DNA of 64,000 bases from an uncultured Methylomirabilota bacterium (GCA_963845565.1 CAWJSJ010000002.1:2670713-2734712); one strand, 5' to 3'. Shown: positions 31,390 through 41,057, numbered from the stretch's first letter. Notes: generated by a model not told the origin, from the letters alone. Translations and numbers: made by a program.

Positions 31390-33715
31390 ATGGCAGAGCT
31401 CGCGCGTCCGTTGAAGCAAGGCCAGTGGTCGGAATCCGCGCTGCGGGTCTTGCGGGAACGATATCTGGACCGATCACGCAAGGGCGGTGGCGACGCGCTG
31501 GCGCCAGGCGCCGGAACACGCGAGACTGCCGAGGACATGTGCTGGCGGGTGGCGACGGCCATTGCGAGCGCCGAGGCGACGTGGGGTCGGACGCCGCAAC
31601 AGATCCACGAGGCGGCCAGCCAGTTCTACGAGTTGATGGTGGACGGCGCGTTTCTGCCAAATTCCCCCACGCTGATGAACGCCGGCAAAGACAACGGCCT
31701 GCAGTACTCGGCCTGCTTCGTCCTTCCGGTGGGCGACTCCATGGACCAGATCTTCGAGGCCGTCAAGCGCGCCGCCATCATCCACAAGAGCGGCGGGGGA
31801 ACCGGATTCGCCTTTTCGCGGCTTCGACCCAAGGATACCGAGGTCCGGTCCACCGGCGGGAAGGCCAGCGGGCCGGTGAGCTTCCTGCGGGTCTTCAACG
31901 GCGCCACCGAGGCGGTCAAGCAGGGCGGCACCCGGCGCGGTGCCAACATGGGCATCCTGAAAGTGGATCACCCGGACATCCTGGAGTTCATCCACTGCAA
32001 GATGGACGGCGGCATCAGCAACTTCAATATCTCCGTGTCGATCACCGAGCCCTTCATGGAGGCCCTGGCAAAGAACGGCGAGTACGAGTTGCGGGACCCG
32101 CACACCCACGAGGTGGCGGGTCGCCTCAAGGCCCGCGAGGTCTTCGACCGCATCGTGAAGGCGGCCTGGCAGACGGGCGATCCCGGTCTGGTCTTCATCG
32201 ACCGCGTGAACGGCGGCCCGGCCAATCCGGTCCCGGACCTGGAGACGATCGAGGCCACCAATCCCTGCGGTGAGCAGCCCCTGGCTCCCAACGACGCTTG
32301 TAACCTCGGGTCCATCAATCTGGACAAGTTCGGCCGTCCGGGCGATCCGACGGGGCCGATCGCCTGGGATGCGCTGGAGCGGGCGGTTCGCCTGGGGGTG
32401 CGTTTCCTGGATGACGTGATCCAGGTGAACCCGTACCCCTTGCCGGAGATCATGGACCAGGTCCACCGGAACCGCCGGATCGGTCTCGGCGTGATGGGCT
32501 GGTCGGACCTCCTGATCCAGCTCGGGATTCCCTATGACAGTCAGGCCGCGCTGGATCTGGGCGGCAAGGCCATGGAGTTCATCACCACGATCGGCCGGGA
32601 CGAATCGGCGCGGCTGGCCGAGGAACGGGGTCCGTTCCCGAATTGGTCCAAGAGCATTTACCGGAACGCCCGCCCGCTCCGGAACTCCACGGTGACGACC
32701 ATCGCCCCCACCGGGACGATCAGCATCATCGCCGGCTGCTCGTCGGGGATCGAACCCCTCTTCGCGGTGGCGTACAGCCACATCGTGGGGGACCGACACC
32801 TGACGTTCGTGAATCCCCACTTCGAGGCGGTGGCGCGGAAGCGCGGCTTCTACAGCGAGGCGCTGATGGAGGCGGTGGCGGAGCACGGGACCGTGCACGA
32901 CATCGCCGAGGTGCCGGAGGACGTCCGCCGGGTCTTCGTCACCGCGCACGAGATCGCGCCCGAGTGGCACGTCCGCATGCAGGCCGCTTTCCAAAAGGCC
33001 ACGGACAATGGCGTCTCCAAGACGATCAACCTGGCCAACTCGGCCACGGTCGAGGACGTCGCCCGGGCCTACCAGATGGCGTATGACCTGGGATGCCTCG
33101 GGATCACGGTCTTCCGGGATGGTTGTAAGTCGGCCCACGGCGGCCAGGTGCTCCACGTCGGGACCGGCGGCGCGGGGGAAGGACGTGCTGGAAGAGCACG
33201 AGGGGGTGGCCCACGTTCCGACGACGGTCAGCCCGCGTCCGCGGACGCTGCGCGGGGTGACGTTCCGGGTGGACACCCCGCTTGGCACCGGGTACGTCCA
33301 CGTGAATCAGAACACCTCGGGGGAGCCGTTCGAGGTCTTTCTGAACGTGGGCAAGGCGGGGAGCGACGTCCAGGCGGACGCCGAGGCGCTGGGCCGGCTC
33401 ATCTCGCTGATCCTGCGCATGCCCTCGCCGTTGACGCCGCGCGAACGGGTGGAGGAGATCGTCAAGCAGCTCGACCGGATCGGCGGGCGCCGCGATGCCG
33501 GCATGGGGCCGGGGCGCGTCCGATCCATCCCCGATGCCATCGCGCAGGTCCTGGCGGAGCATACCGGATTGCGCGAGCCGGGCGAGGAGCACGTCCGGGA
33601 GGTTCGGGAGGGGCGGCCCAAGGCCAGCGACATGTGTCCGGACTGCCAGAACTTCACGCTCGTCTTCGAAGAAGGCTGCCAAAAATGCCACGTCTGCGGC
33701 TTCAGCGAGTGCTAG
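31390..33715 (+). CDS. nrdJ: Class II (B12-dependent) ribonucleotide reductase with C-terminal TSCPD/Zn-ribbon domain; one-base frameshift at 33174-33178
   Basis: FLPNSPTLMNAG, SACFVL, QGGTRRGANM, TNPCGEQPL..NDACNLGSINL, TIAPTGT, SKTIN. The +1 frame continues PRPRTLRGVT...PFEVF...GKAGS...SIPDAIA...CPDC...EEGCQKCHVCGFSEC. Confidence 0.93.
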
Positions 33716-33724
33716 GGAAGTGAG

Positions 33725-33919
33725 ATGCGCGAACGGCGGGATCGCCTGGATTCCAGCGCCCAGTACCTGGTCCTCTGCCGAGCCTGTGCCGAGTTGTATG
33801 CGGAGATCGCCGCGTTCTTCTCCGAGCGGCCCGACGTCGTCGTTGTGGTGGACCGCCGGCGGGTGGAGACGGCTCCGCGAGGGTACCTCGACCCCGTGCT
33901 CCCGGAAATTGTGGCGTGA
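33725..33919 (+). CDS. Small hypothetical protein with VVVDRR motif
   Basis: 64-aa ORF 9 bp after nrdJ with GC-rich codon use; YLVLCR...LYAEI...F...DVVVVVDRRR. Confidence 0.5.
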   Translation: MRERRDRLDSSAQYLVLCRACAELYAEIAAFFSERPDVVVVVDRRRVETAPRGYLDPVLPEIVA

Positions 33920-34013
33920 GCCGGGAGAGATGACGGGAGGAGAGACAGGCAAGCCGGCGACTGGGCAATCGGGCAAGTAGAGAGGCCCCCTATAACGTTC
34001 TTCGTCGCCGGTT

Positions 34014-34048
34014 CTCGAACCTCGAACCGAGAACCCCGAACCGGAGCC
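34014..34048. repeat. Heptamer tandem repeat immediately before dcd
   Basis: CTCGAAC CTCGAAC CGAGAAC CCCGAAC CGGAGCC. Confidence 0.8.
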
Positions 34049-34051
34049 TTC

Positions 34052-34603
34052 ATGTCCATCAAGTCGGATCGGTGGATCACCCGCATGGCGCGCGAGCATC
34101 GGATGATCGAACCGTTCTCGGACAGCCAGGTGCGGAACGGCATCTCCTACGGGGTGTCCTCGTACGGGTACGACATCCGGGTTGCCGACGAGTTCAAGAT
34201 CTTCACCAACGTGAACTCCACGATCGTGGATCCGAAACGGTTCGATGAGCAGTCGTTCGTGGACTTCAGGGGCGAGGTGTGTCTGGTGCCGCCCAACTCC
34301 TTTGCGCTGGCCCGGACCGTGGAGTACTTCCGGATTCCCCGGAGTGTCCTGACCCTGTGCCTCGGGAAATCCACCTATGCCCGGTGCGGGATCATCGTGA
34401 ACGTGACCCCCTTCGAACCCGAGTGGGAGGGGACGGCGACCCTGGAGATCAGCAACACCACGCCGCTCCCGGCCAAGATCTACGCCAACGAGGGGATCGC
34501 CCAGGTGATCTTTTTCGAATCCGATGAAGTCTGTCAGACGTCGTACGCGGACAAGAAGGGAAAGTACCAGGCCCAGCGCGCCATCACGCTCCCGAAGATT
34601 TGA
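34052..34603 (+). CDS. dcd: dCTP deaminase
   Basis: [45 protein letters not shown]. Confidence 0.97.
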   Translation: MSIKSDRWITRMAREHRMIEPFSDSQVRNGISYGVSSYGYDIRVADEFKIFTNVNSTIVDPKRFDEQSFVDFRGEVCLVPPNSFALARTVEYFRIPRSVLTLCLGKSTYARCGIIVNVTPFEPEWEGTATLEISNTTPLPAKIYANEGIAQVIFFESDEVCQTSYADKKGKYQAQRAITLPKI

Positions 34604-34657
34604 TGATGCGCCGCGTGGGATCTGGTGCTGATTGCTGACGGCGCCGATTCGCTGCTG

Positions 34658-34760
34658 AGGAGCCGTTACGAAAAAACTGGTCCATTGTTTGGAATTTCGT
34701 TACGGCTCCTTATGCCGTTTCCAAGATTTCTCCGGTCAAGTTATTCTTTGACAACGGCCT
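34658..34760 (-). mobile_element. MITE-like composite palindromic element, full copy 1
   Basis: AGGAGCCGTTACGAAA...TTTCGTTACGGCTCCT joined to TATGCCGTTTCC...CAAGTTATTCTTTGACAACGGC; the reverse complement aligns end to end with 60844-60947. Confidence 0.7.
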
Positions 34761-34776
34761 TCCTCCGAGGGACGCC

Positions 34777-34989
34777 ATGAAGATCGAGATCGACGCTGCG
34801 CATGATCTGGTCAAGGTCAATCTCCTTGCGGACGTGCCCGTCGCAGAGTCGAAGGAGACCGAGGGCATGGTCTTCGGCTATGCGGCCGACCGCCGCATCG
34901 TCCAGATCGAGATCCGCGGCGCCAAGAGCCGGATCAACGGCGAGCTCCTGAAACTGATCGACCCCGCCTTCGCCCGATCCGCGGCCTGA
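34777..34989 (+). CDS. DUF2283-like small protein
   Basis: MKIEIDAAHDLVKVNL....VAESKETEGMVFGY.....IVQIEI pattern. Confidence 0.65.
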   Translation: MKIEIDAAHDLVKVNLLADVPVAESKETEGMVFGYAADRRIVQIEIRGAKSRINGELLKLIDPAFARSAA

Positions 34990-35309
34990 CCCCGACGACC
35001 CCGCCCTCCATGCGGTAATCGCGCGGCGCCGCGTGAGCCGTCCAGCAGGACCAATCCTGAATTCCCCTTGACACTCCGAGTGGGGGTGGGGCATGCTGCG
35101 CTACCCAGGGGGGCACGGCTCCGCGATTCACGGCCGGTCGGGTCGAGGTTGCCTGAGTCGTCCGCCGCGGCAAACATAAACCATGCACCGTTTCGCTCTG
35201 TGCGGGATCCCCGGGACGACGCGTTCGACGGCGCCGCACCGGGGAGACCTGTATTCACGGCCGAGACTTGCGAGCGTTGACCGAACAGGGGAGACAAGGA
35301 GGGGACACG

Positions 35310-35594
35310 ATGGCGGGACTGGACTTCAAGGCGCCGGTGGCGAGGGAGCAGGAGGATGCGGCGATTGTCGCCCACAACACGCGCATGGGCGTGATCCTGT
35401 TCGTCGTCTATGTCGCGTTCTACGGAGGGTTCATGGCCCTGAGCGCGTTTTGGACCGAGCTGATGAGCGTGCCCGTTCTGGGCGGGGTAAATCTGGCCGT
35501 GGTCTATGGGTTCGCGCTGATCGCCGCCGCGCTGCTCCTGGCGCTGGTCTACATGCGGGTGTGCCGCAAGTCGAAGGAGGGGGGCTCGAAATGA
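35310..35594 (+). CDS. DUF485 (YjcH-like) accessory membrane protein of the solute symporter
   Basis: 2 TM helices; GGVNLAVVYGFALI; AAGGAGG RBS; overlaps the actP start. Confidence 0.85.
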   Translation: MAGLDFKAPVAREQEDAAIVAHNTRMGVILFVVYVAFYGGFMALSAFWTELMSVPVLGGVNLAVVYGFALIAAALLLALVYMRVCRKSKEGGSK

Positions 35595-37513
35595 TCCACG
35601 AGACCTCCTGGATTGCCGTCCTGATCTTCCTATTCTTCGCCGGATCCGTCCTGGGCATCAGCTTCTACCTGGGTTCGCGCGCCAAATCGGCCAGCGGGTA
35701 CTTCGCCGCCGGCGGCGGCATCCACTGGGCCGTCAACGGGGTGGCGTTTGCCGGGGACTACCTGTCGGCGGCCTCGTTTCTCGGCATCTGCGGGATGATT
35801 GCCTTCTTCGGCTACGACGGGTTCCTGTACTCCATCGGGTACCTCGCCGGGTGGATCGTGGCGTTGTTCATCATCGCCGAGCCGCTGAAGCGGCTGGGGC
35901 GATACACCTTTGCCGACGCGCTGGACAATCAATTCAACTCCCGCGGCATCAAGCTGGCGGCGGCCATCAGCACGCTGGTGGTCAGTTGCTTCTATCTGAT
36001 CCCGCAGATGGTGGGAGCCGGGGCCCTGGTGCAGCCGCTCCTGGGATTCCCGCACTATGTGGGCGTGATCGTGGTGGGCTGCGTGGTGACGCTGATCGTC
36101 ACGACGGCGGGCATGGTCTCGACCACCTGGGTGCAGTTCATCAAGGGAACGATGTTGGTCCTCCTGTGCGCGTTCATCACGGTGCTGATCCTGCTCCGGG
36201 GCGTCACGACCCGGCCGACGGATGCCGACGGCCGCGAGGTGCGGATCGCGAAACGCGGCGTGCCGGCCGCCGAGGTCACAGGTGCGGCCGGGGTGCAGGT
36301 CTTGGCCGAGGAGGGCGCCTGGCGCGGCAAGCCCTATGTGCGCATCAAGAGCGCCGCCGGCCCGGTGGCGGTCTGGCGCAAGGACGGTGATCTGCTGTCC
36401 GAGACCCAGACGATCACGGCGCAGCAGGACGGGCGGAAGCTGGTCAATGGGCGGCCGCGGGGCAAGGGGCCGGGCGAGGCGGATCTCTCGCCGGTGGGCT
36501 ATGCGTCGAAGCTGCCCAACGGCGTGGAGCGAACCGGCGCCATCGGCCCGCTGGCGTTCTTGCAGACCATGCAGGAGAGTGACGTCATCCAGTGGGCGCC
36601 CGAGAAAATTGTCGAGTCGGATGGCAGCGTGACGACGGTGTTTTCCCAGCGGGTGGCCTCGGGCAAGGATTTCATGACGCCCGGCTCCAGCCCCACCTTC
36701 AAGAAGGTCCGCAGCGCGAAGCTGTTCGACAAGCTCGATTTTCTGTCCCTGATGCTGGCGCTGTTCTGCGGCACGGCGTCCCTGCCGCACATCCTGATTC
36801 GGTATTACACGGTCAAGGACCAGATCAGCGCCCGGAAGAGCACGGTGGTGGGGATCGCGGCCATCGGCTTCTTCTACGTGCTGACGCTCTACCTCGGGCT
36901 GGGAGCGATGACCAGCGGAGCGTTGGACATCACCGATTCCAACATGTCGGCCCCCCTCCTGGCCCGCAGCTTCAGCGAGCTGCTGTTCGCGGTGCTGTCG
37001 GCCGTGGCCTTCACCACGGTGCTGGGGACGGTGAGCGGCCTGATCATGGCCGCCAGCGGCGCCGTGGCGCACGATCTGATGACCAACTTCCTTCAGATGA
37101 AACTGGACGAGTTCCAGAAGGTGCGCGCCGCCAAGATCGCCGCGATGTGCGTGGGGGTGGTGGCCATCGTGCTGGGGATCCTGTTCGCCAGGATGAACGT
37201 CAACTTCCTGGTCGGGTGGGCGTTTAACATCGCCGCCTCGGCCAATCTTCCCGCGCTGGTGATGCTCCTGTTCTGGAAGCGGACGACCAAGGAAGGCATC
37301 ACCGCCGCCATCATCGTCGGGATGCTGTCGTCCCTGGGATGGATCCTGCTGAGCGCGCAGGCCTTCAGCGACGTCTACGGTTTGAATCCGGCGAACGCCA
37401 TCGTGCCCTTCAGTCAGCCGGCGATCGTGACGATCCCGTTGGGTTTCTTGGTGCTGATCGTGGTCTCGCTCTTCACGAAGCCCGCTCGGGTTTCGGCGGT
37501 GGTCGCTCGGTAA
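35591..37513 (+). CDS. actP: Cation/acetate symporter ActP-like (SSS family) with a large extramembrane insertion
   Basis: AFAGDYLSAASFLG, AEPLKRLGRYTFAD, YLIPQMVGAG, TTWVQFIKG, GTASLPHILIRYYTV, AHDL, AASANLP. Confidence 0.88.
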   Translation: MIHETSWIAVLIFLFFAGSVLGISFYLGSRAKSASGYFAAGGGIHWAVNGVAFAGDYLSAASFLGICGMIAFFGYDGFLYSIGYLAGWIVALFIIAEPLKRLGRYTFADALDNQFNSRGIKLAAAISTLVVSCFYLIPQMVGAGALVQPLLGFPHYVGVIVVGCVVTLIVTTAGMVSTTWVQFIKGTMLVLLCAFITVLILLRGVTTRPTDADGREVRIAKRGVPAAEVTGAAGVQVLAEEGAWRGKPYVRIKSAAGPVAVWRKDGDLLSETQTITAQQDGRKLVNGRPRGKGPGEADLSPVGYASKLPNGVERTGAIGPLAFLQTMQESDVIQWAPEKIVESDGSVTTVFSQRVASGKDFMTPGSSPTFKKVRSAKLFDKLDFLSLMLALFCGTASLPHILIRYYTVKDQISARKSTVVGIAAIGFFYVLTLYLGLGAMTSGALDITDSNMSAPLLARSFSELLFAVLSAVAFTTVLGTVSGLIMAASGAVAHDLMTNFLQMKLDEFQKVRAAKIAAMCVGVVAIVLGILFARMNVNFLVGWAFNIAASANLPALVMLLFWKRTTKEGITAAIIVGMLSSLGWILLSAQAFSDVYGLNPANAIVPFSQPAIVTIPLGFLVLIVVSLFTKPARVSAVVAR

Positions 37514-37570
37514 GCCGTTGTCAAGGAATAACTTGACCGGAAATGGACCAAGGATTTCGTAACTGCGCCT
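37511..37570 (+). mobile_element. Internally deleted copy of the MITE-like element
   Basis: TAAGCCGTTGTCAAGGAATAACTTGACCGG fused to AAATGGACCAAGGATTTCGTAAC, i.e. the left and right ends of the full element; begins at the actP TAA. Confidence 0.65.
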
Positions 37571-37605
37571 GATCGCGGGGCCGCCCCGCGATCCCACACG
37601 TTACC

Positions 37606-37647
37606 ACGGCCGGCTTGGAGCACTCGCTCCGGGCCGGCCGTTTCTTT
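37606..37647 (+). terminator. Intrinsic terminator after actP
   Basis: Stem ACGGCCGGCTTGGAGC / GCTCCGGGCCGGCCGT with a 4-nt loop, followed by TTCTTT. Confidence 0.65.
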
Positions 37648-37661
37648 CGGGCGGGGCGGGG

Positions 37662-38456
37662 TCAGGGCGGTGGGGCGCTCGGATCGGCAGGGCACATCAG
37701 GAGCCGCTGCTCTTCGGTATCCCAGATCACCATGGTGCGGCACGGCGAGTCCAGATCGTCGCCGAGACAGACGAAGCGGGTGCCTTCGATGACGACGTCG
37801 TGCGGGCGATGAAAGTGGCCGAACACCCACACCCGCGGCGTGTAGGCGAGGTCGCACCAGAGCCGGCTCAGCTCCACTTCGCCGCGGTCGTGCTCCGGCC
37901 CGGGATCGAACCCCGCCCCCCGGATGTGCTCCGCGACGCCGGGTTCCAGCGCGGGCGCGCCGTGCAGCCCGATCCCGATCCGCGACGGGCAGGAATGGGT
38001 CACGATGAGTTGCGGCCGATGCCGGTTGAACAGCGCGGTGGCGTGCTCCCGGTTGCGCCGCAAGATGTAGTTGGGGAAACCGCTCAGCCAGTTATGCTTC
38101 TGCGGACGGTCCACATGCAAGGCGCCGCCCAGGAAGCCCACCATCGAGGCGCCGAGGGGTGTAACCGACGGACGGGGTTGATAGACCAGATTCTGCTCGC
38201 GCTTCCAGACGCGGCCGGCGCCGGTGAGCAGGGCCCGGCGCAGCCAGCGGTGGTCCTCGTGGTTGCCGTCGATCACGTGCAGGGGGACCGGATACCGAAC
38301 GGTGTCCTCGCGAGCGCGGCCCAGGCGGTCCCGGTAGAATCCGAAATCCCCGACCTGGATGGCGGCCTCGACCCGAAAATCCACCTGGGCCTGCCGCAGG
38401 ATCTCGGCCAGCCGCCGATGCCGACCATGCACGTCGCCGACCACGAGCACGCGCAT
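37662..38456 (-). CDS. Calcineurin-like metallophosphoesterase
   Basis: All five motifs present: GDVHG, GDFG, GNHE, TH, FGHFH. Confidence 0.92.
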   Translation of the reverse strand: MRVLVVGDVHGRHRRLAEILRQAQVDFRVEAAIQVGDFGFYRDRLGRAREDTVRYPVPLHVIDGNHEDHRWLRRALLTGAGRVWKREQNLVYQPRPSVTPLGASMVGFLGGALHVDRPQKHNWLSGFPNYILRRNREHATALFNRHRPQLIVTHSCPSRIGIGLHGAPALEPGVAEHIRGAGFDPGPEHDRGEVELSRLWCDLAYTPRVWVFGHFHRPHDVVIEGTRFVCLGDDLDSPCRTMVIWDTEEQRLLMCPADPSAPPP

Positions 38457-38460
38457 GGGC

Positions 38461-40983
38461 TCAGACCGTCCGCGCGAAATCGGTCTCCAGGCGGGCCTGG
38501 AACACGGTGATGTCCGCGAAGACCTTCTTCAGCACCGACCGTTCAAGCTGGGTCAACGTCTGCAAGTCGATGGCGTTGTCCGGGACGAGGCCGTGGTTGA
38601 TCTGGGCCGCCTGGTGCGTCAGCCGCATCTGCATCAGGGTGGTGTAGGCCTGGACCAGCTCGTCGTGGCTGGATGGCAGCAGCACGCCCTGATCCCGCAG
38701 GTGCCGCAGCCGCTCGAGGGTGTTCGTCTCCGCCAGGCGGTGCTGCAGGGCATACATCCGTGCAAAGTTCACCAGCGGGATGATGGCCGTCTTGATGTTG
38801 AAAGCGGCGGAGCGTTCGCCGGACGATTCCAGCTGGATGGTTCCGAAGAAGCCGCGGGGCGGCTTGAATTGCAGGGTGCTCTGGGCCAGGTGGAAGAAAA
38901 AGACGTGTCTGCCGTCGTCGTCCAGGGCGCCGTGCAGGTGGCGACGCAGCTCCCGCACGTAATCGGCCTGGCCGTAGGCGCAGCGGAAATCGAAGAACAC
39001 GTTGACGTCCAGCAGGTCCTGGGGCCGCGCCGCCGCCACGCACTCGGTGAAGTACCGCCGCCACGCGGACAGGGGTTGACACCACTTGGGGTTGGAGGCC
39101 ATCACGTCCCCCTTGCAGCGTCGGTAGCCCACCAGATCCAGCCAGCCGCAGACCGTGTCACCGAGCCGCAAGAAATACGCCTGGGCCGCCGCGGTCCGCT
39201 CCGGGTCGCCGTCGGAAAAAATGATGGCGTTGTCCTGGTCGGTGGCCAGGGTTTGCTCCTCCCGCGCCTCGCTGCCCAGCACGACGAAGGCGAAGGCGAC
39301 CGGGGGTGGGCCGAGGTCGGCTTCGGCCAACTCGATGAGCCGCACCAGGATGGCATCGGACACGGTGGTCATGATCCGGGTGACGCTCTCGACCCGGGCG
39401 CCGCTCTCCAGGAGTGCCTTGACGAACACCGGAAGCTTGGCGCGGCTGTCCTTCAATTCCTCGGGGGACCGCGCCTCCTGGATCTCGCCGAGCAATGCCG
39501 CGATCGCGTGTCGTTGCGCATGGAGGATCTCCGTGCCGATCAGGACCCCCAGCGTGGCGCCGCGCTCGTCGGTGACCACCAGATGCTGTATCCCGTGTTC
39601 CTGCATCAGGAGCGCGGCTTCGAACAGCAGCGCGTGATCGGCGATGCGCACCAGAGGGGCGCTCATGATGGTGGAGACGGGCTGGACGGCGTCGCGCGCC
39701 AAGGCCAGCACGCGGTTGCGCAGGTCCTGGTCGGTGACCATGCCGATCGGCTCGCCGCCCGGGCCGGTGACCAGGATGGCGCTGCTCTTCGCGCGCGCCA
39801 TGGTTGCCACCGCTTTGTGGATCGGCGTGTCCAGCCCGCAGGTCACCAACGTCAGCGGCATGGACTTGATGGAGCGCGTGGCCAGCGGCAGCATGCTCTG
39901 CAGGTCGGCGACCAGACGAGCGAGCGTCTCCTCGGTCTGTTTGCGGGTCGCCACATCCCGGATGGAGAGGATCTGGCCGGGCCGATCCCCGATCCGGACG
40001 GGGCCGACCGTGAGGAGGACATCGGTCACCTCGCCGTTCTTGTGGAGGAGCTGGGCGCGCCGCTCCGTGGCCGGCTCGGTCGGGCTTCCGTTGGGGAGCG
40101 AGGCGATGATCTTCTCCAGCGGCAGTTGGGCCAGTTCCTGTTCCGTGTACCCCAGGCGGTTCCGCAGGGTTGTGTTCGCATAGACGGGGCGCTCCTGCAT
40201 CACCAGCAGGATGCTCTCGGTGGTGCCCTCCACCAGCAGCCGATACTTTTCTTCCGAGCCGCGCAACGCCGTTTCCGCGCGCCACCGACGGCGCTCGAGG
40301 TTCAGCCCCTGCTTGGCGATGTACGCCAGGAGCCCGGCGATGACGACGGAGATCCCGACGGACACCTGCAGGGCGCGGCGGATGATCGCGTTGATCTCCG
40401 CGCGCACGTCTTCCATGTAGATGCCGGTCCCCACCACCCAGCCCCAGGGCGCGAAGCCTTTGACGTAGGACAGCTTGGGCACCACGCGCGTCTCATCGTC
40501 CTTCCACTGCCAGAGATACTCGACGTAGCCGTCGCCGCGCTCCCGGACGGTCTGGGCAAATTCGACGAACAGCTTCTTGCCCGCCGGGTCGGCATAATCC
40601 GAGAGACTCTGTCCGTCCAAATCCGGGCGGTAGGGGTGCATCACCATCCGGGGGCTGAGGTCCTGGATCCAGAAGTAGTCCTTGCCGTCGTCCCCGAAAC
40701 GCAGATGTCGGACCCGCGCCGCCGCCGCCTGCTGGGCGGCCGCCCGGCTGAGCGTCCCGCGCTGCTCCTCTGCGTGGAGGGCGGCGAGATCGCTCCAGGC
40801 GGCCTGGGTGAGCTCGCGGAGCATCTCCTTCTTCCGCTCGACGATGTTCTTCTTCATCGTCGGGATGATGACCGCAAAGATCAGGACCAGAAACAGCGTG
40901 AAGGTGAGGATGGCGGGGGAGATGATGTTGACGGCGAAGTGCCGCCAATGCGGTCGCGGGTACGGCGCCCGGTTACCGTCCAT
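38461..40983 (-). CDS. Membrane sensor nucleotidyltransferase: TM-sCache_2-TM-PAS-CBS pair-DUF294/DUF294_C
   Basis: Cache motifs LRF...DYFW...MVMHP..PDLDG...DPAGK..F...GYVEYLW...KLSYVKGFAPWGWVVGTGIY; SEEKYRLLVE PAS entry; CBS IGMVTDQDL and IQHLVV; NTase LGSEAREEQTLATDQDNA; CKGDVMASNPKW; NIKT...PLV.FAR...TNTLERL. Confidence 0.9.
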   Translation of the reverse strand: MDGNRAPYPRPHWRHFAVNIISPAILTFTLFLVLIFAVIIPTMKKNIVERKKEMLRELTQAAWSDLAALHAEEQRGTLSRAAAQQAAAARVRHLRFGDDGKDYFWIQDLSPRMVMHPYRPDLDGQSLSDYADPAGKKLFVEFAQTVRERGDGYVEYLWQWKDDETRVVPKLSYVKGFAPWGWVVGTGIYMEDVRAEINAIIRRALQVSVGISVVIAGLLAYIAKQGLNLERRRWRAETALRGSEEKYRLLVEGTTESILLVMQERPVYANTTLRNRLGYTEQELAQLPLEKIIASLPNGSPTEPATERRAQLLHKNGEVTDVLLTVGPVRIGDRPGQILSIRDVATRKQTEETLARLVADLQSMLPLATRSIKSMPLTLVTCGLDTPIHKAVATMARAKSSAILVTGPGGEPIGMVTDQDLRNRVLALARDAVQPVSTIMSAPLVRIADHALLFEAALLMQEHGIQHLVVTDERGATLGVLIGTEILHAQRHAIAALLGEIQEARSPEELKDSRAKLPVFVKALLESGARVESVTRIMTTVSDAILVRLIELAEADLGPPPVAFAFVVLGSEAREEQTLATDQDNAIIFSDGDPERTAAAQAYFLRLGDTVCGWLDLVGYRRCKGDVMASNPKWCQPLSAWRRYFTECVAAARPQDLLDVNVFFDFRCAYGQADYVRELRRHLHGALDDDGRHVFFFHLAQSTLQFKPPRGFFGTIQLESSGERSAAFNIKTAIIPLVNFARMYALQHRLAETNTLERLRHLRDQGVLLPSSHDELVQAYTTLMQMRLTHQAAQINHGLVPDNAIDLQTLTQLERSVLKKVFADITVFQARLETDFARTV

Positions 40984-41057
40984 GGGCTACCGGCGGGACG
41001 AAGGGTTCCCGTCGGTGCGCCGCGACGCAGGTGCGCGACGATCTCATGAAGTCCTCC

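Noticed and set aside
35126..35263. Direct repeat ATTCACGGCCG twice upstream of DUF485-actP
   Set aside because: An 11-bp GC-rich match about 127 bp apart could be chance, and no regulator can be assigned.
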